A stretch of DNA of 64,000 bases. Source: an uncultured bacterium (lineage in GTDB: Bacteria > Acidobacteriota > HRBIN11 > JAKEFK01). Every line of letters begins with the position of its first letter. The stretch's first letter is position 1. The stretch spans positions 320,001 to 384,000 of the forward strand of contig CAVZQN010000001.1 in assembly GCA_963777505.1 (NCBI GenBank). Reading direction: 5' to 3'. This document shows, piece by piece, positions 28,574 to 38,111 of this stretch. The position numbers and the translations under genes are program-made. The notes beneath the pieces were generated by a model that worked only from the letters and a program-made list of their open reading frames with translations, was not told the origin of the DNA and made no database searches.

Positions 28574-31447
28574 ATGAAAAGTTCGAACATAAATAAGCTT
28601 TGCTGCCCAGCTTGCCGTAAACGTTACAGTCTTCGCGTTGTAAATAGTTCTAACGATCGAATCGAGACCGCTCTTCTAACGTGTTCGCGCTGTTGTATTA
28701 CAATTCCGGTGCTTCGTGGGTTCCCCATTTTCGATCAACAATTCCTTGTTGAGAATCCTGATCTCGAGGACCTGACAGCAAAACTGTTTGGCCCTCCTGA
28801 GGAATATCTCGAATTTCTTGATCGCAAACATGAAAAGCCTGTCTATGATTTATATGCCGCATTTCAGCCATTCAATGAATCCACACAAAGCATTTTTCCC
28901 CTCCTTCCTTTATTAAAAGAAGTCGTAAAACCAGGCGATCTGATTTTGGATTTATGGTGCCGCACCGGTTGGACTGGTGAATTCTTAAGCTCTATTTTTC
29001 CGGAGCAAGAGGTCATCTCCATTTGGGAAAGTTCATCCGGGCTATTGGGGTTGAAAGGATTTGATTTCTGGCTTGGTTCAGGAAAACGCCGTGAAAACCT
29101 CGATATTATTTTTCATTCTCCAAATCAGGCGCTCCCTTTTGCGAATGAAACCTTTGGAATTGTTCATGGTCTGGACACACTTCATCGATATCATCATGTT
29201 CCTTTGATTTCGGAATGCTTAAGAGTGGTATCGCAAGATGGGATTTTAGTTTTTCCACACAACCATCTAACGAACTCCGAACCGGATCCATACTTTGACC
29301 GCGGAGAAGATCAATTCCATGGCAAAGAATATAAGAATTACTTCGAACGACTGCTAAAGGGATCCAATGACCAGGCATTTGTGCTCTCAGAAAAGACTTT
29401 ATTTGACGCAGGAACGCGATATCAACTTGCAGATGAATCCGATACCGATCATTACAATGCTTGCATCTTAATCGCACCTAAGAAATATGATGGGCAAAAG
29501 TTCACGCTTCTAAAAAAGAATATGAGTGAATATCGCGGAGCATACATCGTTTCGAATCCGCTATACAAAATTGATTGGGTTAAAGGAGAAGCAGTTCCAG
29601 CTCCCGAAGCGATGGATTTCGGAGTAGAGACTCTCTTTTTCAGACATCCTATGTATCAAGAGCGTCTGCAGAAGCACACTCCGGTGCAATTGGATGAACT
29701 CGATCGATTGATCCTTTATTGGGCAATGAGGATTAAGTCTGTTGACGAAATTGCAATTCTTTTAGACAAGGATGTCAAAGAAATTTTAAGCCGGCTTTTG
29801 AATCTTGAATCAAAAGAACTGATTCAGGTACAAAACATTACTCAAGCGATGGCAAAACTGCAGTCTTATTATTGGCGGCAGGAAGTTCCTTACACAGGTG
29901 AGGATGCTACTCTGCCGGCGCTCTGGAACCGGACGATACTACTTCATAAAGATCAACCATTCATCATATGGCCTGCGGATGACAGCATCTTTACTTATTC
30001 AGATGCAGATTTGATTGTCCGCATGTCTGCTGCATTTTTGGCAGCACAGGGTGTGAAAGCGGGGGACAGGATTGTAATTGATGCCATTTCGCATCCGGAA
30101 TTCTTATTTATTTTCTGGGCCGGCATTTTGCTGGGAGCGGTTGTAGTTCCAGTAAATCCCGATATGAAAGATGATGCCTACGCAGTTGTTCTTGAACGCA
30201 CAAAACCACGGTTGGTGTTCACAGGCCATGAAAAAAGTGCTGTATCAGAGTCAGTTTCATTTGGCGTGAATGAAAATTCCGATTCTTACCGGGGTTCATT
30301 TTCCGAGAAAGTCACCGAATTCGAACCCCATCAAGATTTTCCGAAATGTATAGAAAAGCAGGATGCAGTCATACTTTTTACATCAGGCAGCACAGGTAAG
30401 CCGAAGGGAGTTGTACTTTCGCATGGAGCTTTGTTCCGTACGAGTCAGATTATGGATCGCGCTTATGGCTGGCGCCGCAATGATCGCTTTTTGAGCGGCG
30501 GTTATTTTCATACGATGAGCGGCTTGAGAAACCCCGCGATCGCCGTCGTGCATTCAGGAGGGTCAGTTATTGTTCCAGGAAATGAAAACATCCAGGATCC
30601 AATGAGCTTGATGAACGTGTGCATGAAGTATCAAGCATCGATCTTGAATGTGCCTCCTGCTTTTCTTGCGTACTGGAGAATTGCGGAAAAGAAAATTCAG
30701 TATTTCCAGTCGCACAAGCTGCGCATGGTTCTTTCAACCGGATCCGCATTACATTTCGCACATCGTGAAAATTTTGAGAAGAGTTTTCGTGTTGTGATCT
30801 ACGACTACTACGGACTCACTGAGACTACCGGCGCGTGTATTTTGCAGACACCGCATCATACAGGTGATGAGGAAGTTGGCATCGGCAAACCCAAAGGATG
30901 CCTGGCAAAAATCGTAAATTCAAAGGGTGAATCTGTAAACCCTGGCTCTACAGGAGAACTCGCGATCTATAGCGACAACTTAATGCAGGGCTATCTTGGT
31001 GAAGAAGCAAAGTCTCGAAAAAGGATCAAGAATGGTTGGTTTATGACCGGAGATACCGCACGTATTAATGAAGCAGGTTTCATTGTTCTTTCGGGCAGAA
31101 TGGATCGCATGATGATCGACAAGAATGGAGAAAATATTTATCCGGAAGAAATCGAAAGAGAAATTTGCGCATCGGAAAGCGTCAGCGATGCGTACGTAAC
31201 GCAGATTCAAGATCAAATGCAAATGGATCAGATTGCTGCGCTCGTACAATTTGTTGAGATGACTGAAAATCGGGATGCACTTGTTAAGGAATTAAGGAAT
31301 ACACTGGCCACAAAACTTCCATTGATGCAGATTCCATCGATTATCTTAGCCGTAGAAGAAATTCCAAAAAGTACAACAGGAAAAGCTTCAACCACAGATT
31401 GCAAAAAGATTATTGAAGAATATTTAACCGCAGAGACTCAAAGATGA
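28574..31447 (+). CDS. Fusion of a Trm112-like Zn knuckle, a class I methyltransferase-like domain and an AMP-binding (ANL) adenylation domain
   Basis: CPAC..CSRC; ILDLWCRTG, LPFANETF and LRVVSQDG; FTSGSTGKPKG, YGLTETT, TGD and NIYPEEIE. Confidence 0.8.
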   Translation: MKSSNINKLCCPACRKRYSLRVVNSSNDRIETALLTCSRCCITIPVLRGFPIFDQQFLVENPDLEDLTAKLFGPPEEYLEFLDRKHEKPVYDLYAAFQPFNESTQSIFPLLPLLKEVVKPGDLILDLWCRTGWTGEFLSSIFPEQEVISIWESSSGLLGLKGFDFWLGSGKRRENLDIIFHSPNQALPFANETFGIVHGLDTLHRYHHVPLISECLRVVSQDGILVFPHNHLTNSEPDPYFDRGEDQFHGKEYKNYFERLLKGSNDQAFVLSEKTLFDAGTRYQLADESDTDHYNACILIAPKKYDGQKFTLLKKNMSEYRGAYIVSNPLYKIDWVKGEAVPAPEAMDFGVETLFFRHPMYQERLQKHTPVQLDELDRLILYWAMRIKSVDEIAILLDKDVKEILSRLLNLESKELIQVQNITQAMAKLQSYYWRQEVPYTGEDATLPALWNRTILLHKDQPFIIWPADDSIFTYSDADLIVRMSAAFLAAQGVKAGDRIVIDAISHPEFLFIFWAGILLGAVVVPVNPDMKDDAYAVVLERTKPRLVFTGHEKSAVSESVSFGVNENSDSYRGSFSEKVTEFEPHQDFPKCIEKQDAVILFTSGSTGKPKGVVLSHGALFRTSQIMDRAYGWRRNDRFLSGGYFHTMSGLRNPAIAVVHSGGSVIVPGNENIQDPMSLMNVCMKYQASILNVPPAFLAYWRIAEKKIQYFQSHKLRMVLSTGSALHFAHRENFEKSFRVVIYDYYGLTETTGACILQTPHHTGDEEVGIGKPKGCLAKIVNSKGESVNPGSTGELAIYSDNLMQGYLGEEAKSRKRIKNGWFMTGDTARINEAGFIVLSGRMDRMMIDKNGENIYPEEIEREICASESVSDAYVTQIQDQMQMDQIAALVQFVEMTENRDALVKELRNTLATKLPLMQIPSIILAVEEIPKSTTGKASTTDCKKIIEEYLTAETQR

Positions 31448-31451
31448 ATTT

Positions 31452-31528
31452 GTAGGGGCGGGTCTAAGACCCGCCCGCATAGTGCGTGGCGAGAATTAAC
31501 CCCGGGCGGGTCTTAGACCCGCCCCTAC
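31452..31528. repeat. Inverted pair of GTAG-family REPs
   Basis: GTAGGGGCGGGTCTAAGACCCGCCC ... GGGCGGGTCTTAGACCCGCCCCTAC; related single copy at 39253-39278. Confidence 0.8.
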
Positions 31529-31543
31529 CGCAGAGAAGACGAG

Positions 31544-33328
31544 ATGAAAAACATATTGGAAGGGACAGCAACTCTCACCTACGAAGAGCTCGATCATCGC
31601 ACAAATCAACTCAATGCTTTCATGAAAGAAAACGGCCTGAAGCCTGGAAATAGAGTTGGAATTGCATCGACAGATGAGCGCGAAGCGACGGGCCTTATCC
31701 TGTCTTTTCTGAGGTTAGGTTTTCCAATTGCAATGATTGATCCAAACGCAAGGAAAACAGAAGCATCGGAACTGCTTCGAAGATTGGAGTTGAAAGCGTT
31801 ATTTCTCGATCAGGAAATTTTAGAAAATTGGTCCACAGCGATTGCTTTTAAAAATTCAGTCCCTCATGTCTGGTCAATTTCACGCCAAAAAAAGAAGCTT
31901 CTGAATCGGCTCCTATCAAGAAAAGAAACGTCAGTTACATCAACCCAAACGTATCCGGATTGTTTGAACGGATACGACTCAGGCGAAGCTCCGCCTGCAA
32001 TTCAAGCTTCTGATCAGGAGGCTCTTTTACTTTGCACATCAGGCACAACAGGGCTGCCAAAAATTCTGAAGTTGAGCTCCGGGAATTTGCTTGCGGCGGC
32101 AAAAACAACGTCGGACACGTTAGGATTAAATCAAAATACGAGATTGTTGAACTTGCTTCCGCTGACACATTACGATGGCATTGTCTCCGGACTTTTCACA
32201 GCATTTTATAACTCAGCGACGCAGATCAGGCTTGGACCTTTTTCTGTTTCGCTTCTTCCCGATATTTTTGATGCAGTTTACAAATATCGCGCCACACATA
32301 TTTTGTTAACACCATCTATCCTTGCATTGATGTTAAGACTTGGCGAAGAAGTCGAAGAGGTATTTCGGCCGCATGAGTTTGAGTTTGTCATTTCGGTGGC
32401 AGCATCGCTCCCGGCCAAAATCTGGTCGGAGTTTCATGAAAAAACCGGCAAGAAAGTTGTTAATGTTTATGGCTTATCCGAAACGGGAAACAATTTATTT
32501 GCGGGTCCGGATGAAGCCAGTTACAAGATTGGATCGATTGGTAAACCAGTGGACTGTAAAGCGTTGATTGTGAATGACGCAGGCGAGACTGCAGGTGATG
32601 ATGAACCCGGTGAATTGCTTTTGCAAGGGTCGAGTATCACATCAGGATATCTAGGCGAATCAGTCGCGAGCGTTACAGTTAAAGGCGAACAATGGTTTGC
32701 CACAGGTGATATCGCACGCTGTGATGAATCGGGTGTTTACTGGCTTTCAGGCCGAAAGAAAACCATCATCATCGTAGGTGGACGAAATGTTTACCCGGAT
32801 GAAATTAACAACGCAATTCTTTCCCATCCTAAAGTTATCGAAGTTGCAACCGTTGGAATCCCAGATGAAATCTGGGGCGAGCGAGTTGTAAGCTGTATTG
32901 TCGGAAGACCTGGAATCACTTCACATGAATTAACAGAGCACGCCTCGAAATTGTTAACTGACTACAAGGTCCCGCGCGAAATTCATATCGTCCCTGAATT
33001 ACCAAAAGGACGTTCAGGAAAAATTCTGGTGAATGAACTCATTTCACGCTTGATTGAAGGAAGCCTGAAAGAGACTGAAAAAGCGCAAGAGAAATTGGAC
33101 GAAAAGATTTTGAGGCTCGCCTCTGAAAGCTTTAGAGTTCCGATTGAAGAATTATCACTTGCGACAACACCACAGCAATGCAGCCGCTGGGATTCAGTAG
33201 CGCATATGGATCTTGTTGTAAATATTGAGCAAGCTTTTCGTATCGAACTTCTGCCGCGTGAAGTAATCCGCATCACTTCGCTTGAAACAGCAGTACAGAT
33301 TGTTCGCGAAAAACTTTCCGCAAAATGA
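31544..33328 (+). CDS. Adenylation enzyme fused to a C-terminal carrier protein (DltA+DltC-like architecture)
   Basis: CTSGTTGLPK, YGLSETG, ATGD and LPKGRSGK; carrier motif WDSVAHMDLV..IEQAF. Confidence 0.85.
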   Translation: MKNILEGTATLTYEELDHRTNQLNAFMKENGLKPGNRVGIASTDEREATGLILSFLRLGFPIAMIDPNARKTEASELLRRLELKALFLDQEILENWSTAIAFKNSVPHVWSISRQKKKLLNRLLSRKETSVTSTQTYPDCLNGYDSGEAPPAIQASDQEALLLCTSGTTGLPKILKLSSGNLLAAAKTTSDTLGLNQNTRLLNLLPLTHYDGIVSGLFTAFYNSATQIRLGPFSVSLLPDIFDAVYKYRATHILLTPSILALMLRLGEEVEEVFRPHEFEFVISVAASLPAKIWSEFHEKTGKKVVNVYGLSETGNNLFAGPDEASYKIGSIGKPVDCKALIVNDAGETAGDDEPGELLLQGSSITSGYLGESVASVTVKGEQWFATGDIARCDESGVYWLSGRKKTIIIVGGRNVYPDEINNAILSHPKVIEVATVGIPDEIWGERVVSCIVGRPGITSHELTEHASKLLTDYKVPREIHIVPELPKGRSGKILVNELISRLIEGSLKETEKAQEKLDEKILRLASESFRVPIEELSLATTPQQCSRWDSVAHMDLVVNIEQAFRIELLPREVIRITSLETAVQIVREKLSAK

Positions 33329-34284
33329 AATCCTTTGTTCCATCTCCCCTTCTTGTTTGGATTCTTGTTTCAGTAACGCTTATATCTGGAATTTTCATTC
33401 TGTCTGAAGTTGATCCGGTTCGAGTTCACATCAAACAACGAAGAGAAGAACTTCCTAAGAAACTGGAGAAAACGAAGAAAGCCAAAACGCAGACCGATAT
33501 AGTCTTTTTCGGCGATTCACTGCTGCAGGCGGTGATTCCTTCCACAGAAATCGAAATGAATGAAACCCTATCACGCGTAATTTCAACGCCTGTAAAGGCG
33601 GTCAATCTTGCAATGGATGGACGCACTCCATGGGATTTGGAGCGTCGCTCGGATCAGATCTTAGGGCTGAACCCCAAAATAATTGTCATTCAAAGCGACA
33701 TGATAGTGAAAAGAAGAATCCAGCGAGAAAAAAGATTAAGTTATTTTGAAGTTAAAAAACAAAGGCTGAAAAATTGGATCAGCTATTTAAAAAATCCGTT
33801 AATGCAGCCCATTTACGGAAGCTCAACAAACAAAACAAAGAAGCTGCTGAACGCCCTTTCTTCGCCTGCTCAGGTCGATATCAAAATTCTGAAAGAAAAG
33901 AGTGAGCAGGATGAAATAAAACTTGAACGAATTCATCAGCAAAGAGCGAGGGAACATTGGAGTGGACAAATCATTGGCAGAAACTCACCGGAATTTAAAT
34001 CCTCCAGTCGATTCATTGAGAAGGCATTTTCAAAGGGAATTCACATCATTGTAGTTGAGACCCCTATCAGCGAAACGGCTTCACGTTATGCAACTGAAGA
34101 ATTTCTCCAACGGCGGAAAGAAGTTGTTCTATCGCTGCTGAATGAACCGGATTCATATCTTCAATACCCAAAAGTCCTTCCCGATCGTTTCTTTGACGAT
34201 TACAGTCATGCTAATGCCAGAGGACAAAAGGTTTATTTCAAGTGGCTGACAACTGAACTCGGTAAGACGCTGGAGAAAAAATAA
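33325..34284 (+). CDS. Membrane-anchored SGNH-like acyltransferase (DltD/AlgJ-like)
   Basis: N-terminal TM helix, FFGDS (block I) and DYSH (DxxH). Confidence 0.75.
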   Translation: MKSFVPSPLLVWILVSVTLISGIFILSEVDPVRVHIKQRREELPKKLEKTKKAKTQTDIVFFGDSLLQAVIPSTEIEMNETLSRVISTPVKAVNLAMDGRTPWDLERRSDQILGLNPKIIVIQSDMIVKRRIQREKRLSYFEVKKQRLKNWISYLKNPLMQPIYGSSTNKTKKLLNALSSPAQVDIKILKEKSEQDEIKLERIHQQRAREHWSGQIIGRNSPEFKSSSRFIEKAFSKGIHIIVVETPISETASRYATEEFLQRRKEVVLSLLNEPDSYLQYPKVLPDRFFDDYSHANARGQKVYFKWLTTELGKTLEKK

Positions 34285-35418
34285 ATGCCGCAGATGTCGA
34301 TTCTTTTTCTCACTTTTTCTGCGGCAACAGTGCTTGTTTACTGGTTGATTCCCCGGAAACGGCAAGGATTGTTTCTTGCGGTCGCAAGCTCCATATTTCT
34401 TGCGAGTCTTGATTTAGTTTCATTTGCTCTTCTGGCTGTCCTTACGCTGATTGTTTACTTCTCTGCGGAAAGAAAAAATGTATACGTTTTGAGTCTGGCA
34501 GGATTGCTTTTACTTTTTTGCGGCGTGCGGATCGCACAATTGCTTCAAAGAACGGATCAAATAAAACACTGGCTCGTTCTGCTGGGTTTCGGTTTTTACA
34601 TTCTAAAGCTTATTCACTACAGGGTTGAACGCCAGGCAGGAACATTTCGTGACCATCATGTCTTGCAATTTTTTAACTACATGCTCTTTTTTCCAACAAT
34701 TACGATTGGGCCGATCAATCGTTTCGAAGATTTCTTGCGATCAGAACGAAGACTGCGTTGGGATAGCATTCAATTTGCAAAAGGCATGGAGCGAATTCTA
34801 TATGGATACGCAAAAGTAGTAATCGTAGCGAATTGGCTGATCGCAGTTCAGCTCTTGCCTTTTCTGAACCAGATGATTCCGGAAACGGGAGCCCTTTCAT
34901 TGCTTGTTGATTCAGCCGTATATGGCTTTCTTTTGTATTTCAATTTTGCGGGCTTTTCAGATATTGCAATCGGACTTGCATTGCTGTTCGGTTATTCCGT
35001 AGGTGAAAATTTTAATCACCCATTTCTTAAACCAAATATCGGTGAATTCTGGCAATCGTGGCATATGAGCCTTTCCGCATGGTGCCGGCAATATGTTTTC
35101 TTGCCCACGTACACAATGACGCGTAATTTGGCCATTGCAATGATCACTGCAATGATGACCTTGGGGTTGTGGCACGAATTTTCGCTTCGCTTTCTTCTAT
35201 GGGGCGTCTATCACGGAGCAGGTCTTGCGGCATATCGTTGGTATCAACACCGGCTAAAGCCTAAAATGCCACTTGTTCAAAGCCCATTTATGAAGCATAT
35301 TGCTCATGGCGCAGCCGTTGCTTTAACATTCGCATTTGTCATTGTGGGATTTACGATTCCACGAAGTTCGTCTTTCACCGAAATCGTTAACAATTTTAAG
35401 GTGTTGTTTGGTTTGTAG
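34285..35418 (+). CDS. MBOAT O-acyltransferase (DltB/AlgI-like)
   Basis: FFPTITIGPI, YFNFAGFSDIAIG, ENFNHP, FWQSWHMSLS and GLWH. Confidence 0.92.
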   Translation: MPQMSILFLTFSAATVLVYWLIPRKRQGLFLAVASSIFLASLDLVSFALLAVLTLIVYFSAERKNVYVLSLAGLLLLFCGVRIAQLLQRTDQIKHWLVLLGFGFYILKLIHYRVERQAGTFRDHHVLQFFNYMLFFPTITIGPINRFEDFLRSERRLRWDSIQFAKGMERILYGYAKVVIVANWLIAVQLLPFLNQMIPETGALSLLVDSAVYGFLLYFNFAGFSDIAIGLALLFGYSVGENFNHPFLKPNIGEFWQSWHMSLSAWCRQYVFLPTYTMTRNLAIAMITAMMTLGLWHEFSLRFLLWGVYHGAGLAAYRWYQHRLKPKMPLVQSPFMKHIAHGAAVALTFAFVIVGFTIPRSSSFTEIVNNFKVLFGL

Positions 35419-35529
35419 TAAGGCAGGCAGCCGAGCGAACGCGAGGCATTGCCGTAGACTTCGTGTCATCACGGGCTCTAACGGCACTGCTTGTCCGCAT
35501 AAATGCGGACAAACTGCGTGCCTTACTAC
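35415..35529. mobile_element. ~115-bp palindromic non-autonomous element (MITE/REPIN-like), copy 1
   Basis: Terminal inverted repeats GTAGTAAGGCA..TGCCTTACTAC; homologous inverted copy at 59493-59609. Confidence 0.65.
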
Positions 35530-35544
35530 AAACGAGGAATGAGC

Positions 35545-35649
35545 ATGCTGCGTCTAACACTTCGATATTTCTGGTACTTGTTTCTTCTGATAATGATCAT
35601 TTTATTATTTCAGGGTCCGGAGCGAGGGTTTCGCTATCTTGGACTTTAA
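35545..35649 (+). CDS. DltX-like small single-TM protein, 34 aa (MLRLTLRYFWYLFLLIMIILLFQGPERGFRYLGL)
   Basis: SD GAGGA 6 nt before the ATG; one TM helix; C-terminal F-x-Y-x-x-hydrophobic motif; follows the MBOAT gene. Confidence 0.72.
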   Translation: MLRLTLRYFWYLFLLIMIILLFQGPERGFRYLGL

Positions 35650-35655
35650 ACAAAT

Positions 35656-37434
35656 ATGTTTGAAATCATTTTAATCCTTGCTCTCCTTATCCTTGCGATC
35701 GTTCTGTTTTCAACGGATCACCTTTCATTTGATGTTGTCGGATTGCTGCTTCTATCCGTTCTTCTGGGAACCAAAATTCTGACGCCTGAAGAGGCATTTC
35801 GCGGATTTGGAAGTGACACGATAGTCATGATCGGCGGCTTGTTTGTTTTATCTGCCGCATTGCTGCGCACTGGTTTGATTGATCGCGTCGGAAAATTATT
35901 ACAGAAACATGCCGGCGATAATCCGCATTATCTTGCGATTCTGATCATGATAACCGTTGCGGTGGCTTCGGCTTTTATTAGCAACACCGCAGCAACCGCT
36001 TTTTTTCTTCCGGCTGTTATTGTTGTTGCGCGCCGCGCAAAAATATCTCCTTCAAAATTGTTGATGCCTCTTGCGTTTGCTTCCATCTTAACGAGCAGTG
36101 TTACCCTGATTTCAACATCGACGAATATTGTAATCAGCGGATTGCTTACTGACTACAAAATGGAAGCGTTGGGGATGTTTGAGCTTGCTCCTGTCGGAAT
36201 TCCAGTCGCAGTTGTCGGTCTAATATACATGTTTACGATCGGGATGAAATTAGTTCCGGATAGAGCCGAGCAGAAATCTCTGGAAGAAACATACAACCTT
36301 CGTGAATATTTAACTGAAGTCATCGTTCTTCCCGAATCAACCTTGATCGGGAAGACAATTGAACAGATCCAGTGGGGGGCCGATCTAAACCTTGTGATTG
36401 TGGGGATCATCAGAGATGACAAGCGGATTATGGTTCCCCGTTCCACAGAAATGATACAAACATCAGACATCTTATTAGTCGAAGGTTCTGCTGAAGACAT
36501 TATGAAGATTAAAGACACGGCAAACCTTGAGATTAAAGCTGATTTTGATTTGCCTGCCGATACATTTCGATCAGATGACGTGATGCTTGTTGAGGCTATG
36601 GTTATGCCTGGATCAAAGATTCGTGGACGAACGCTGAAAGAAGTTCACTTTCGACAAAGGTTTGGATTGACGGTTCTTGCTATTAATCGTCAGGGAATTA
36701 CGCTTCGATCCAAGCTTTCGCAGATCCCGCTGCGGATTGGAGACGTTTTATTGATCGAAGGAAGTAAAGATCGCATTAAACAAGTCGTTGAGGAAGGCGA
36801 TTTGAATTTTCTTGGTGAACTTTCAGAGATTCGCGGACGGCCTGAAAAAGCTATATATGCAATTAGCATTTTTGTTCTAACAATTGCTGTTGGTACTTTT
36901 AAAATCATGCCTTTTTCATCGGCAGTCGTGATCGGAATACTCCTTATGTTTTTATCAAAAACGATTACGCCAGCAGAAGCCTACAATTCTATTGAATGGC
37001 GGATTTTGATTTTAATTGGCTGCATGATTGCATTTGGCGCAGCGATGGAAAAGTCAGGAGCTGCTGAGTTTCTTTCAAAGCACATGGTCGCCTTACTTGG
37101 AAATTATGGTCCGCTACCGGTCCTTGCGGGATTTTTTGTTCTAACAGTATTGCTGACGCAGCCGATGTCAAACCAGGCAGCAGCTCTTGTTTTGTTACCG
37201 GTTGCAGTTCAGACCGCAACTCAACTTCAGTTGAATCCGAGAACGTTCGCAATGATGATTGCCGTAGCGGCAAGCTGTTCGTATTTAACACCTCTTGAGC
37301 CATCGTGTGTGCTGGTTTATGGACCCGGCCGTTATCAATTTCGAGATTTTTTAAAGGTTGGCTCCCTGCTTACAATTTTGATCTTTATAATTGCCATGCT
37401 TCTCGTTCCCTACTTCTGGCCCTTGAAGGTGTAG
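35656..37434 (+). CDS. SLC13/DASS family permease with two TrkA-C (RCK_C) domains
   Basis: SAFISNTA, SPSKLLMPLAF, TSTNI, two RCK_C repeats, MSNQAA and GRYQFRDF. Confidence 0.9.
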   Translation: MFEIILILALLILAIVLFSTDHLSFDVVGLLLLSVLLGTKILTPEEAFRGFGSDTIVMIGGLFVLSAALLRTGLIDRVGKLLQKHAGDNPHYLAILIMITVAVASAFISNTAATAFFLPAVIVVARRAKISPSKLLMPLAFASILTSSVTLISTSTNIVISGLLTDYKMEALGMFELAPVGIPVAVVGLIYMFTIGMKLVPDRAEQKSLEETYNLREYLTEVIVLPESTLIGKTIEQIQWGADLNLVIVGIIRDDKRIMVPRSTEMIQTSDILLVEGSAEDIMKIKDTANLEIKADFDLPADTFRSDDVMLVEAMVMPGSKIRGRTLKEVHFRQRFGLTVLAINRQGITLRSKLSQIPLRIGDVLLIEGSKDRIKQVVEEGDLNFLGELSEIRGRPEKAIYAISIFVLTIAVGTFKIMPFSSAVVIGILLMFLSKTITPAEAYNSIEWRILILIGCMIAFGAAMEKSGAAEFLSKHMVALLGNYGPLPVLAGFFVLTVLLTQPMSNQAAALVLLPVAVQTATQLQLNPRTFAMMIAVAASCSYLTPLEPSCVLVYGPGRYQFRDFLKVGSLLTILIFIIAMLLVPYFWPLKV

Positions 37435-37441
37435 TACTGAA

Positions 37442-37552
37442 GGGACCGCGGACGTCTCGTCCGCATAAGGGACCGCAGGCATCTTGCCTGCATAAAAAAA
37501 ATGCGGACTAGAAGTCCGCGGTCCCTAATGCAGGCCTGAGGCCTGCGCTCCC
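37442..37552. repeat. Cluster of four REP-like palindromes (BIME-like) between convergent genes
   Basis: GGGACCGCGGACGTCTCGTCCGC, GGGACCGCAGGCATCTTGCCTGC and two inverted copies. Confidence 0.8.
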
Positions 37553-37555
37553 CAC

Positions 37556-38026
37556 TCATTCCACCATTATCTTTTTTTCCAATATCATTGGCTCACCTCC
37601 CGGCGGAGTATCAGAACCAATGCGACGTCCCCATAGACGGATGATTACCTCTCCCGGCTTTTTGAAATTCAGAGTCGCTGTGTGTGAAAGACGTTTGAAG
37701 ATCATCGTGCATGCGACTCCAGGCTTGGTAGCTGAAGTGAAATCATAGACAAACACTGATGCGGAGGTCTCATCAAGGATCACACTCGTATCGCCTTCAC
37801 GTTCGCAACCGCCGCCTGCAGTTAAAATCTTCACTTCGAAATTTTCGCCAGCCTTTATTTTCTTAGGAGTCTCAATCACATTTTCGCTCTGACTGTTTAA
37901 ATCAATGACTCCAATAACACGCACCTCAGTGGGCGTGTTTGTTTGATCTGGATCAGCGGATACCACCACACTAGAAAAGAAAAACATCAGCAGAAAAATT
38001 TGATAAACCGAATGAATTTTTCTCAT
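37556..38026 (-). CDS. Hypothetical exported protein
   Basis: Signal peptide, two Cys (GGGCE, VACT), beta-rich; SD GGAGG. Confidence 0.7.
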   Translation of the reverse strand: MRKIHSVYQIFLLMFFFSSVVVSADPDQTNTPTEVRVIGVIDLNSQSENVIETPKKIKAGENFEVKILTAGGGCEREGDTSVILDETSASVFVYDFTSATKPGVACTMIFKRLSHTATLNFKKPGEVIIRLWGRRIGSDTPPGGEPMILEKKIMVE

Positions 38027-38111
38027 TTATCCTCCTTCAGTTTCTATCGCTGGCTTTCAGCCGGCAAAATGCAAAATAGCTCTGCCGGCAGGATGCCAGC
38101 GGTACAAACCC

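Noticed and set aside
28574-33328. NRPS/PKS secondary metabolite cluster
   Set aside because: No condensation, ketosynthase or thioesterase domains. MBOAT, SGNH and the DltX-like peptide indicate envelope acylation.
35463-35663. 66-aa track ORF after the MBOAT gene
   Set aside because: It starts inside the palindromic element with no SD. The overlapping 34-aa frame has an SD, a TM helix and the DltX-like motif.
37442-37552. Mini-CRISPR or tRNA
   Set aside because: Variable palindromes in both orientations with very short gaps and no cloverleaf; REP-like instead.
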